A stretch of DNA of 64,000 nucleotides, from contig CM120642.1 of the NCBI GenBank assembly GCA_051362555.1, positions 33,170,001 through 33,234,000 of the forward strand, in the 5' to 3' direction. This document shows, one piece after another, positions 1 to 12,498 of the stretch; positions within the stretch are counted from its first letter, which is position 1; each line of letters opens with the position of its first letter. A program made the translations under genes and the position numbers. The stretch is from Lingula anatina. Taxonomy: Eukaryota; Animalia; Brachiopoda. The notes beneath the pieces were generated by a model. That model saw only the letters and a list, made by a program, of their open reading frames with translations. It was not told where the DNA came from and made no database searches.

Positions 1-403
1 TCTTGACGATAAGTTTTCCTGACAAATGAAAATAATTAACTGAGTTTTGTTTAACTAAAACCAGAATCAAGTTTTTAACATTAAAAAAGAAAGAAAAAAA
101 AACTTCAGCAAAGTGTCTAGTTTTGATTTCATTTTGATTCCATTTTGACTTAATATAGTTGGTAGGAAAAATAAATTTTCAAACAACCACTAAAAATTTA
201 AAAAAAATAATAATATTAAAAATATCACATTTGATGACATTTAAAACTATTCAAGGCTTCCATCTGATTAATTAAAGCCATTATTCCTACCTTTATAACA
301 AAAAAATAAATGAATAAATAAATAAATAAAATCCACTGAATCATATTTACTTCACAAAACAGATAAAATGCCTAATTCTTGTAATATGTCTAAACAGTCC
401 AGT

Positions 404-1234
404 TTAAAACATAGAAGTATGTGGTCTGTCAGGATAATTCCCTACATTAGCTCTGGCCCTCATATTCCTAGCTGACTGGAGTCTGGCTTTATATGTACCA
501 TTAGGCTTTGTTAACCTCTCAATTATCTCTGAAAGTTCGTCATCATCAACTTTCCTCAGTCCTTTAAATTTTGACTCGATACCTTTGATGACTGGCAGTG
601 TTTTTGTCTTTGGTGGTTTGATATAGGTGAAGTCTTTATTGGCGAGATCTACCCCTCCGCGACTAGCTACAGTGGGGCGCGTCACTCGCTCAACCAGCTG
701 ATCAACTTGGTCAACAGAAATCTTTGATTTTTTCTGGTCATCTTTGTGAGCTGCCCCTGGGGTCTTCCCACCATTGCTGGAGAAAGTTGGTTTTCTAATT
801 CTTTTCACCATGACGTCTATTTTCCCTTGGTCCCTGCCGTCCCCCCTGACTAGCATTTTGTGGTCCTGATCTTGGAGATACTGTACATGACAGGCCTGAG
901 CATCAAAGCTATATCTGGCTGCTCTACTGGCTGTAGTGGGTCTGGTCACTCTGAACACCATCTCGTTAAGTAGCCTCGGATCCACCTTCTGCTTCTCTCC
1001 CTGTCCGTACAGCTGACGACATTTCTCGTCAAAAGTCCGCATGTGTTGGACGTGGGCCTCTTGGGGATCAAAGCTGTAACGAGCAGCTTTGGTGGCCACT
1101 GTTGGGGTGGTCAGCCGGTCAACTAGGGACCGGACTTCTGCTCCGGACATGTGTTTGTAGCCGAGAGCCCCCTCCACTGTGGAATACATGGTCACTTGTG
1201 GCACGACAGCACTCGGTGCGCAGATTTCAAGCAT
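404..1234 (-). CDS. Uncharacterised basic protein with five R-[LVI]-x-x-P-[TN] repeats (candidate microtubule/axoneme-associated protein); intronless CDS
   Basis: Long GC-elevated ORF. The track start at 1324 is GTG; the first ATG is at 1234, and an ATG in better context (ACC ATG) is at 1189. Repeats: LVDRLTTPTVATKAARYSFD, MVFRVTRPTTASRAARYSFD, MVKRIRKPTFSS, LVERVTRPTVASRGG, IIERLTKPNGT. A plausible upstream acceptor is tttgcag|G at 1395. The function is inferred. Confidence 0.85.
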   Translation of the reverse strand: MLEICAPSAVVPQVTMYSTVEGALGYKHMSGAEVRSLVDRLTTPTVATKAARYSFDPQEAHVQHMRTFDEKCRQLYGQGEKQKVDPRLLNEMVFRVTRPTTASRAARYSFDAQACHVQYLQDQDHKMLVRGDGRDQGKIDVMVKRIRKPTFSSNGGKTPGAAHKDDQKKSKISVDQVDQLVERVTRPTVASRGGVDLANKDFTYIKPPKTKTLPVIKGIESKFKGLRKVDDDELSEIIERLTKPNGTYKARLQSARNMRARANVGNYPDRPHTSMF

Positions 1235-3660
1235 CAAGATGGTTAGCCTTGCTTGGAATATCAATCCTGTTTCATCTATTCCCCATAGGGACAGTAAAGC
1301 AAACAAAACCCGCGTTACCAACACTGGTTTCTTTCCATTGAACAGTCTTAAATTTCCTCCTTTTTTTCACTTCCTTTGTTAAACTAGATTATTTCCTGCA
1401 AATGTGAAGATTGTTCGTTCAGTTCAATAGTTGCTTCACTAACACTGCTGCTGTATCAGAGAGGTTACCCGGGAGACAATTCCACACATTCACGCACACT
1501 GGGGAGTCGCGAGAGGACTAGGCAAACTTCACCCAACTTAAGACAAACATTGCTTTTGAGCGTCTCAGCTATCCAAATTACTTATCACAATGAATCCTTA
1601 TGTCAATTGCGGCAGACGTTTACTCCATCAACCGTATACTTGAGTTAACGGGAGTGGAGGGATAATTCTGAGCTTAAATGCCTTGTTTTAGTGTCCTTAC
1701 AGATGTAACTGTTCCTGCTGATTGAATAACCCTCAGGTCTGTAACTATCTGCTGTATATTGATTAGTCTATTGATTTTCTATCATAGACGGCTCCTCTAA
1801 AATAAGGTCATTTAGAGATTCTTTATCACCTCCCTGTGTCGCAGATCTAGTGTGATGTCCCCAGTGATAACAGCATATCCACCAGGAACGCACTAATCCC
1901 TTGTGACAATTTTCACCAAGAGCGTGATTTATATCTCCTCCTCTTCAATGGCCTAGTGGACGGTAGTTACCCTAACAAATGTACTGACAAGCTGGGAACC
2001 ACCGTTTCTATGTATCAAGAAAGTGAAGCGCCGAATTGAATTTCAGTTTTGTTTTCTGTACAAACAGTTTCCTATTCAGGTCTTTAAGAGGCAGCGACCG
2101 TGAGGCTATATTAGGCGTAATTGTGTGACTCCAGGTTGTGGGGGAAGGGTAAAGGTGCCAAGAGTCCTACCTGGTGCCTAAAATATGCTGTTTATGTTAG
2201 GGACAGAACTAGCTCAGTTTATCAAGAAAATTGCTTTTTAATAGACAGCCTGAAAATAGCCACCTAAGTAACAAAATGTTTTTTCATTTTTTCTTCTGGG
2301 TTATCAACTTGTATGCCAACAACAGTATTGTTAATGTTTCAATTATGATAAAACCAAGAAAAAAGTTTTTTTTCAGGGTTGTGTCAATTTTATCCTGTTA
2401 ATGACTAAATGTTGTTTTTCTATATAATTCTGCTGTAAAATCTGAGATTAAAGTCTTTATCTGAACTCAATACTTTTTGTTTTTATCCTACGTCTGATGT
2501 ATATCGTATTCAAGTTGTTTACCACAAAGCCTGGGAAAACTGAGAAATAACAACAGCACACAACAGATAATTATTCGCCTCCTCCAGGCACTTGTAAAAT
2601 AATTTCAATAGCAAACTAATGAAATTGTTTATCCAAAGTACACCTTCTCTCTCTAATCTCTTGTGAACAAATTGATTCAGGAAGTTCTCATGTTGTTTTG
2701 ATCTTTCATAACACTCTGAAATCAGAGCAGATAAAACAAAATTCCTTTAAAGAAAAGTGTTTTTCAACTGTGAGGTGAAGGTGCAATAATTTCCATACCC
2801 TACGCAGTCATGGGTGAGCAACTTATGTCATTGTTTCACACCTGTCATCAAATATTGTCACCAATAACACAAGAATATATCAGCCGGATTTTCAGCATCA
2901 TTTGACCAGAGTGCTCAAAGGATGTAGAATTATAATGTTTATTATTTTTGTTTGTTTTTTTATAAGTTTGTTTTTTTATAACTTCTCTTCTTATCATTTC
3001 TAGTATCATAAAAATTATTCTCTTCCGTATCACACTTGTAAAATTTTATTATTATTATTATAATTTTTATTATTGCCATTATTACCATTTCATTACAATT
3101 TTTGTTAATGCTACCCAAAAAGGAGGTTTTAATAAGTTCTCATAGTCATAAGTTTGTCAGTTAGTATGTTTATCTGTTTTTATTCGTTTTTTTTTTTTTT
3201 TTGGTGGGGGGGGGGGTCTGTGCATATGGCGCCCTCTAGACATATATTTTTTTTCATTTCTTTGTTTGCTCTTCTTTTTTTTTTGCAATAATTTTGATTT
3301 TAAAATATTTATCTTGTTTTCACCAAGACAACAAAACTAATAACTGAACCCATTCCCAGTTGTACACGTACTACTTTGAACAAATCGATGCATGTAGACT
3401 TGCATCGCACATGTCCCTAATTAAGATAAAACTGTGCATAGCTGGAAGTCTAATAGCTGGCAATTGTCATTTAGGATATTAATAGATTAACAGTAGCTCT
3501 CTATCTCTCTCTCTATCTGACCTGTTAGCATGCCCTCTCCCAGAGGATTGCCTTCATTTTCTGTTAGTCCCAGATATCTTTTAGAGCAATATAAAGCCTT
3601 GTTTACCCCAGACTTTAGCAAAAGCCTTTTTAATTTGACCAGATCCATCACTGTGATAAT

Positions 3661-3916
3661 GGTAATGACTCAGTTTTTTTCAATGGGCAAAAATTAGAAA
3701 TCTTATAGATACTTATATTTGGAACCATTAAAATTATATTTCTATATAGAATTTGTATTGTTTTTTATGGTTTAGAATAGAACTATAGTGTAGCCTGCTT
3801 TTTAATGTTGTTGCATCCACTCATAAGGAATGAGCTAATTTTAAGAATGTAAAACTAAAAAATTCAGCAAATGAAAAATTTGCAATTTTTCCCATTGAAA
3901 AGATTGAGCCATTACC
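3661..3916. mobile_element. Degenerate MITE-like inverted-repeat element
   Basis: Left end GGTAATGACTCAGTTTTTTTCAATGGGCAAAAATT matches the reverse complement of the right end, GGTAATGGCTCAATCTTTTCAATGGGAAAAATT. No clean TSD. Confidence 0.55.
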
Positions 3917-3976
3917 TTACTAAGACCAAGAATACTTCTCTGCTGGACTGGAACAATGGAAAACATCCAAGGGAAG

Positions 3977-3990
3977 GTTACCATGGCAAC
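3977..3990. promoter_or_regulatory. RFX X-box
   Basis: GTTACCATGGCAAC matches the RFX X-box consensus GTYNCYATRGNAAC. It lies upstream of the 404-1234 gene. Confidence 0.6.
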
Positions 3991-6031
3991 AATTAGATGA
4001 AGACAAAAAAATGTCTGCACTTTATCATTATGAACTGTGCAAGATTTCCTATAGATTGGGCTTAGAAATTTTCTGAAGAAGACCTAGTGTTCTGATATTG
4101 TCAAGTAGGACAACACGAAAAAGAAGTTTAAAAAATCAATTAGCAAACTCCTGCAATGACCCTAAGTGACATTTGTGCTACAATTATCTTTAAGTTAATG
4201 GAAAAGTAAGAGCTGCCCCAGTAAGACTGCATCTTAGGACAAATGAAACTGCCTTCAGTGAGATGACATAAACTGATGATGAAATGGCAATATAGACATG
4301 TCTTCTAATCAAGCACTTCCATTGTATTTCACAACAATTACCTTGTATATGAGTTCTGCTATGGCTAAACAAAGCCACTAAGAAACTATTTTCATCTTAC
4401 TTAGTTCATCTTCTTCCAAACTAATAGATAATTGGGAAGTGAACAAAACCCTATCCAGCAATAATAATGCCCTGAAGAAATGATCACAATATTACAGTAT
4501 TAATGCTATACATACATATACACTGTACATATGCATACACAACACACACACACAATACAAACATCATGCACTTGTGCATACACATACACATGACATGCAT
4601 GATCATACATACACTCAAACCATGAATCATGACTTTATATTTTAATCCATCGTAATCCATTGTTTACAGCCCAAATAAACGCAAAAAGGTTTTATATCAA
4701 AAATGTTCTTTGAGCGTCTCCAAACATCTTGATCATAGCGTGATGTACCACTAAGCCTGATAGTTTCCTTCCAGAGATATTGAGAGAGTGAACATTTCCT
4801 CTCACAGCACTCAAAGGAAGCCATTCTAGTTACTCTTCCTCATAATTACATCCTCAAAAATAGACAGTGTTGGCATGAAGTATCACCTTATATTAAAAAA
4901 TCAGTCAAATCCAGCCTTAGACAACTAGAAAACAATCTGCCTCTGGGCTACGTGAAATTGATGAGCTGGTTGTCGAGCAGCAACTCGCTGTAAATAGGGT
5001 CGATAGAGGATATTTATTTTTGTTTTGTTGTTTAAAGAGCATAAAAGGTTGGTCTGTGTTTTTTATTATTTTTTTCAGACAGGAAGAACTGCTTAATCTA
5101 TACTGTAAATTATTTTAGAGCATTAAAACAAACGCATCAAGGTGTGCCCTGGGGACAGACACTTTAATTCTGAGCTTTAAAAACCAATACATGCATTTAT
5201 TTTTCATTAAAAAAATAGGTCCAAAAATTTATATTTCCTCATCACTAAGGATGACTGTGCAATCTATCAAATTTGTACTGTCATCATGCACAATCGGAAC
5301 AAAATGATCCCCAGAGTAACAGCTAGATCTGTGGATCAAATATGGCCGACCCACTTGAACAATTGTATCAATTTGATGGCGCATAATTGTTTAAGCCCAT
5401 CTCATTTCTGCTGTCTATTCCATTGCCATTGTACTTTAAATTCCAACATGAGCAGTTCAATTCTTTTTACGGTAAATGTCATTGTCATTGGCTGGTAAGA
5501 TGAGATAGTACACTCTAAGTTTGTCCATCACAATGATTGGAAATTAACGTGGTCTTAAATATCACAATCTTCGCTTTCAAAATGCATTTATATTGACCTA
5601 CACAAGTGGTTGCGATTGGTTATTGACAGCCTATAATGGTAGCAGTTGGTAAAAAAAGCATAGATTCCCTGTAAACAGAAACAGAAATAGCACCATATGC
5701 CGCATTCATCACTGTCAACACCCCCTCGCCTCCGTCCTCTCTCTCTCTCTCTCTCACTCCAGTGAGTAAAGAGCATAATCAGACATTTTCCCAGAAAATC
5801 AGCAAATCGATGTCGATACTTCCACCCTGCAGGTTCAACACAGGAAACCAGGACAGCACTGCTACGACATACAGACTAAGAGAGCATATATGTTATTTCA
5901 TGACTGGGTTGATTTTTTTTTTTTTTTTGACTGGAATTCTTGTTTCTCACAAGAATATTTCTTTTTATGGACAAAAAGTATCTGGTTGTTCTAGATATCC
6001 TACCTCCCCCCCCCCTTCCTTTTCTACCTGT

Positions 6032-6187
6032 CTGGGGTAGCACTAACACTCTCCAAATTAGCCAAATGCTAAAATTGACTTAAATTGGCTATACAAAAAG
6101 GGCTTGATTTGACTTGTTTTAGTCAAATTATAACCATTTGGCTAACAAATTGACAAAAAAGTGTTGATTTGGCTAATGCTATCCCAG
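6032..6187. mobile_element. Short degenerate MITE-like palindrome
   Basis: CTGGGGTAGCA ... TGCTATCCCAG ends, with internal TTAGCCAAAT/ATTTGGCTAA inverted sub-repeats. Confidence 0.4.
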
Positions 6188-9100
6188 CCTATAGCTCGCA
6201 TTACAAATCAATTCTTGTGTACTGTTATGGTTAAATGGATGGAGAGATGGATGAATGAGACAGGAATGACAAGAGATGAATGGATGGATGGATAGCAAGA
6301 GGAAAGAAGAGATGAAGACATGGGGTTCTAAAAATACTGCTGCTTTAGATGAAAAAGCTCTACTCTGAATTAAAATTTGATCAAGGTTTTAATCCATTCT
6401 TCATGTTGGGTCAAATAATGGATAAAACGGTCCACTTGCAGAAGCAAAAACCTGCACACACACACACACACACACACATGCTCACACACACACACATGCA
6501 TATGCACGCACACACAAACACACATGCACCTCCCCCCATTTCCATTTAAGTAACATTTCTAGCCCTGTCAGGATTAAGGGTGATAACATAATCCAATGAC
6601 ATGCCTCATCAACTCACTTTTAGCTTTTATGTAATCTGTCTTTATACTAGTACTCACAAACCATGATGTAACAGCACTTGACTTTGAAGTGATTGATGTA
6701 AAACTTGAATCATTTAGAACATTGAGAGGCAGAGTGGAATGGGTTTGGGGTTTAAATATGTCCCTCAGATATGTCAATTGATATACATTTGGGACATGTT
6801 ATTCTAGAGTGGAAGTAGATCTTAGTACAAATACTTCTGGTCAGAGAAACACCCTAACAGTACCTCAGATTATCAAAGCACCAGTAAGTTATATAATTAG
6901 TAAGACTATCTGGTGATGCTCTCTCAGCATGCTAGCTTTTTATTACACATCTTTCTAGGCTCTAAATACTTGATACAAGTTGGTAAAAAAGCATCGATTC
7001 TCTGTTAACAGGGATGGCAGACTAAATATATTTTTGTTTTGGGTTTTTAAAAATTCAGATTATAAAAATCTTGGCAGTCAAATTTTAGGATATTTTGTTG
7101 TTTTTACTTTTAATTTTATTTAAATGGGGATGTCCAGTCTTGGCAATTTTGGTGCATAGTGCATTTTAGTGCAAAACAAAATAATTGAGGCTTTTCCTTG
7201 AGTTGATAATTAAATTCTCTCACATACCATACCAAACCAATATTCAATGCAGTTTTATGTCTTAAAAATAGATGCAACAAACAATGCAACTTCCTCAAAA
7301 TAAGGCATTGTCATGCTTTGTCTTTTTATTAATATATACTGAGTAGTGGTGTATTTTCATATCATTTTTTTAAAGGGCTGTCAATTACAATGTTTATGAA
7401 TATTATAAGCTTTAAAAACTTGTTATGCCTGGAAATTTATGACTTTCCATTCTCTCCTCCCTTCCATCTCACCCCAGCCATTTCTAAATTTTTTTTTTCA
7501 GAAAGAAATTTATGCATTTTTCATGCATTTGTCACCAATTCTCCATGCCACATTTCATGTCATAAGACCCCATCTACATATATAATATTAAACAGCACTG
7601 TGCCTGATTTATGACAAAATTACTGCTACACTATAGCTAATAAGTCCCCGGTCACTTTAATAGCACACGCTGTCTACATCAGACGCGCTAATGCGCACGT
7701 CCCCGACAGTGTTAATGATAGGGGTATTACGATGGACAGCGCATGTTGCTCACAGCAGTAGGCACTGCCGCCGAAGTTAAACCGGTAATTAAGTCTTTAA
7801 CTTGACTAAACATGTTTTGCTTTGTAACTTGCGTCCTTCAGTCTTGCTGTTGCGGAAGCGCCGGCGGGACATATCTCCACCTTGCCGATATTTATCCCGA
7901 CTCTCGACTTTAAAAGTCTTATTGGTTTTGATTTTATCAAAGTCTTATTATATCAGAAAACCTGCATATTTTCATACGTTAAGAGAATTATAGAAACTGT
8001 AGAAAAAGCTACTCGTACATCAGGGATAAAAAACAACACCTTGCAGCACTTTTACCTATTAGTATTCATCACCAGAAGTTACTGTTTCACTTTTTTCTCC
8101 CAAATTACAAAGTCTGATGACAACTGAAAGCCTTTAGCCATACCTCAGGGCAGTGGGAGATAGTCTGGATTTGATTAAATGTAATAAAAGTATATTTTGA
8201 AGAATTTTCCTAGCCTTCGGCAATTTCCGCAAAGCTTCGGCATGCGCGGCAATACAGAGCTGTCGATATCTAAATTCGTGAACAATAGAATTGGTGGAAC
8301 AACGGTTAACGTCGTTGAGTCGTCTGCAACCTACCCGACGGGAGTTCGTGTCCCTGTCGGTACTTTTGAAGATTTTGAAATTGTCATTATTATAAATATC
8401 TGTTAATATGTAAAACAGTCGTGGCTAATTGTTTTTGCAACGGAAAGCACAGTAGGAAGGTTTGTTGTTATTGTTATAGTTATTATTACTGGGGACGTAA
8501 ATTAGTATGCTAATCTCTTATCATGGTATAATGATTGATACGATGGGTATCAAATAGTTTTCCTTTGATATAAACAACAAAAGAGCGGCCTTCCAAATAT
8601 CTTTGCTGAATGTTTATAACGTAGATACTATTATGCGCAAAAATATTGATACATGACGCAAACGACATTTACTAATTTTGGTAATATCAATTTTAATTAA
8701 AATTAAATTTAATTGAAATTAAAATTAAAATTTGTCTAAACGTGCATATTACCATTCACCTTGTTTAAAGGGTTCGCAACACTTTACATTCTAATACATT
8801 TTGCCAATTTTCATGTTTGCTAGTTTATTTTGATTTGAGAGAAAGCGAGAGAAGACCCTCTACTAGGGCCGCAAATTAATTAGGAGTATTTTTCTTCAGT
8901 GCAAGAGACTGTGTAATGAAAAATCAATCTGTAACTCTGGTATAGGGTGGCCTTGTGTGTGTAATAATATACAAGTAGGGGCAGGGGTACAGTTTTATAG
9001 TACAAATAGTCATTTTATACATCTTATTGATCTCATCGTCGGGTCATTGTTTACAATAGCGCTTTGTCGCTGTGCGTACCTTTTTGCATTTGAGTTAGAC

Positions 9101-11890
9101 TCAGTCAGTAACAGCTGGTGATTTTGTCTTTTTTGCGTTTCATTGACAATATTTTGGCCACCTAAGTAGGGAAATGTGGCTCTTTGTTTTGAAATCCACT
9201 GGTTTCGCGATCATGAAGAAAGGGAGTGTAGCAAAGAACCTCATTAATGGTCGTGATAATAGGTGGTTGCATTGTAGGCCTAACCTTGTTCATTTTAGTC
9301 GACAGACTAAGCTAGAAGAAAGAAAAGATCATTATCGCCTCTCTTTACTTAGGAACAATAAGGATGGCTAGTGGCAGCATTTATAAGTTCTTTTATTTAG
9401 AAACTTTCCGATCCTTTGTCTGGGACTGCGTCCAAGAAACGGCGATAACGACAGAGACGTCCTCGAACATTTTGGACTCAGTGCAAATAAAAAAAAATCC
9501 GTTAAGAAGTAGCCTTTAAATGTCCTGGCAAATAATTTTGCGATGGCTCAGAGAGTTCTAGAATGAATGACAAGCAACGACATTAGGGTTAATAATAGAC
9601 TAAAAACTATCAGAGTGTAGGCCTGTCTTCATTTCTAAGGCCATCTTGTGATACGAGTCATGCTACACTACAAAAGAGGGGGTAGCAGTGGATGATTTAA
9701 TACAGGGATACCATCGATAGTATATCAATAGAAAATCGCAGTCCTCAAATGTTTTTTAATTCATTAAATATAAACGGTCTTTTCTCGTACAATGGGTCTG
9801 GTATAGTTGTATTGGCCTATCAGTTGGAAACACGTGGTTCGTCTACAATTGCAAATGGCGGAGGTGCCGTGGTAGTTATTGTCGTAAAATTAGCTGGATA
9901 CGGTGCACGTGAGAAAATTATTCATTAAATTTAGTTTTCGAGCGTCAGCTTAATCTGGTAAAATGCGAGACGAAAAAAATGATAGATAGAGCCTTATGAC
10001 CCACTGTAGAATGATGCCGAATAATACATCAACGACGTAGTTTATCGGCAGATAAACGTGTTTCCATTCTCGGCTGACTGAGGAAAGGTTTGAGAGAGCA
10101 TTTAAAGAAGAGGCGGTCGAACCAATAGTGAGTAGGAAGTGTGCTGCAATCAAGACGAACAATACCGATCATAAGTGGACAGCTAATAACCCCTAATTAA
10201 CCCCGGGTTACGCGCTGCTGTGTTGACTCCTTGCTGGGAAGGGGTAGAGGCCTCCTACTGCTGTGCGTAATCAAACATTGTCTTCTAACATGCGGCTACA
10301 CGACGGTTGCATTGTATTAATAAAGTAATACCTATTCATAAGGAAGGGGCGGATGGTAATCTTACGAGAATTAAATCAGTTATCGATCATACGCGTACCA
10401 ATAGTCGTGTTTTTTTTTAGCTATACGGTAGTTTAAACAGTGTCTAATTGTTGCACTATTTCCCCGCTAATGCCATATTAGGATGGACTGAAAATGCTCC
10501 ACTTAGGGTCTTTTACTTTAATTTATTTACATCCATAACACGAATCTGTTAAGAGGTTGCACATTCTGCCAGCTAATACCCTGCTTCTTTGTGGCATTAC
10601 AATTTTCTGGCTATTAAATTTCTATCTGCTTCCAAGTCTAAATAGGTACATTGAAATTTCAACACAAAGGAGAAATAATTAATCTGACATTATGGTCACT
10701 TAGCCGTCATCAAACCGTCATGAAGAAACAAACCCCATTAATAGGACAAAATATCCCAGCTTTGGCCTGAATGATTTCCCCTTTGCTCTTATTTACTTCT
10801 CTTTGTTTTTATTTACTTATGCCGTAGTCTCTATTTACCTGCTTTTCATTTCAATGAACACAGCCCTTATTATGGAGAAGCAATGGACTGAGTTTAACTG
10901 TTGACTTTAAGGGTCTATCAAAAATATGCAATAACAGAATCCTATGGAGATGATAGGTTGGTATTTGGACAGGTAGAAGTTGTGATTTAATGTGAAGCAG
11001 GTATCTACAGGTGTGAGATAGGTGACTACAGGTGTAAGGAGGGGTCAGGAGTCGAGTGAGCACCAGTTATCAAAGATAGGGAAGAGAGAGAAGAAGAACG
11101 GCAACTTTTAGGAGTCCACGACCCGTCCCAGATCATCCGTCATGCATCGCAAGTGATCTACTGAAAAAAAATTTAAAAGGTAAGTTGAAAACCAGTTTCT
11201 ATTTTGGATTAGATGGAAATAATCAAAACTGTATCTACAGTATATACAGTTTGTTGTGGTGTGGTGTCATCTTCCTTTTCAGAGATATCCGAGACATAAA
11301 ATCAGCATTTTTAAAGGACTTAAACATAATTTGGATTTCATCATACTGTAGAAACTAAAAAGCTTCAGCTAAAAGATCCTGGTTACACCTAGAACATAAT
11401 GCAAAATAATCACTTATATTCCGTGATTAATTATCTATATTATGCCTAATTACCAGATCATTACAATATCTCTGAAACACTTTGCGAAACCACAAAGTCA
11501 TCCTCATCACATTCATGACCAATTATAAAGCCCTTGTTAGGTTCATTAAGCTTTTCAGTCGGGATTTGTGACCGATTCTAAACCAACTACATCATTAAGA
11601 AATAATTCTACATACGATAGATGAATAACCAGACAGAGAAGCCCAAAAATCAATACACAGATCATGTAATTATTCAACACCAACTTGGGGATAACGTAAT
11701 AGCTGAATTATGTTTTTAATGTCATATACTGATGCACTGCAGGAGTGACACACTGCAGAAGTGCAAGGACTTTATTGAGGGAAAGGGATGCCTGCCTTTT
11801 TTCCCCTCATCCCCTATATATATATATATCATTTGAGGTGCACCTACAGTACCTCTTTCCTCATGTAGATATCAAACAACCAATACAACA

Positions 11891-12498
11891 CCTTAATACA
11901 CCACTGGGACAGTACACCATTCCTCAACACACCACTGGGACAGTGCACCTACCTCTTTCCTCAACACACCACCAGGACAGTGCACCTACCTCTTTCCTCA
12001 ACACACCACTGGGACAGTGCACCTACCTCTTTCCTCAACACACCACTGGGACAGTGCACCTACCTCTTTCCTCAACACACCACTGGGACAGTGCACCTAC
12101 CTCTTTCCTCAACACACCACTGGGACAGTGCACCTACCTCTTTCCTCAACACACCACTGGGACAGTGCACCTACCTCTTTCCTCAACACACCACTGGGAC
12201 AGTGCACCTACCTCTTTCCTCAACACACCACTGGGACAGTGCACCTACCTCTTTCCTCAACACACCACCGGGACAGTGCACCTACCTCTTTCCTCAACAC
12301 ACCACCGGGACAGTGCACCTACCTCTTTTCTCAACACGCCACCGGGACAGTGCACCTACCTCTTTCCTCAACACGCCACCGGGACAGTGCACCTACCTCT
12401 TTCCTCAACACACCACCGGGACAGTGCACCTACCTCTTTCCTCAACACACCACCGGGACAGTGCACCTACCTCTTCCCTCAACACACCACTGGGACAA
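11891..12498. repeat. 37-bp minisatellite derived from the NCS exon 3/intron junction
   Basis: Unit CCTCAACACACCAC(T/C)GGGACAGTGCACCTACCTCTTT. ACCTACCTC recurs 15 times at exact 37-bp spacing (11947, 11984 ... 12465), and degenerate copies extend to about 11838. Confidence 0.97.

Noticed and set aside
8295-8362. tRNA gene (B-box-like GAGTTCGTGTCCC); also an A-box/anticodon-like stretch at about 37118-37160
   Set aside because: No complete cloverleaf can be formed; at most these are decayed tRNA-derived SINE heads.
11891-12498. CRISPR array (37-bp repeats)
   Set aside because: The units are head-to-tail with no unique spacers, there are no cas genes, and the context is eukaryotic. The unit is an exon/intron junction.
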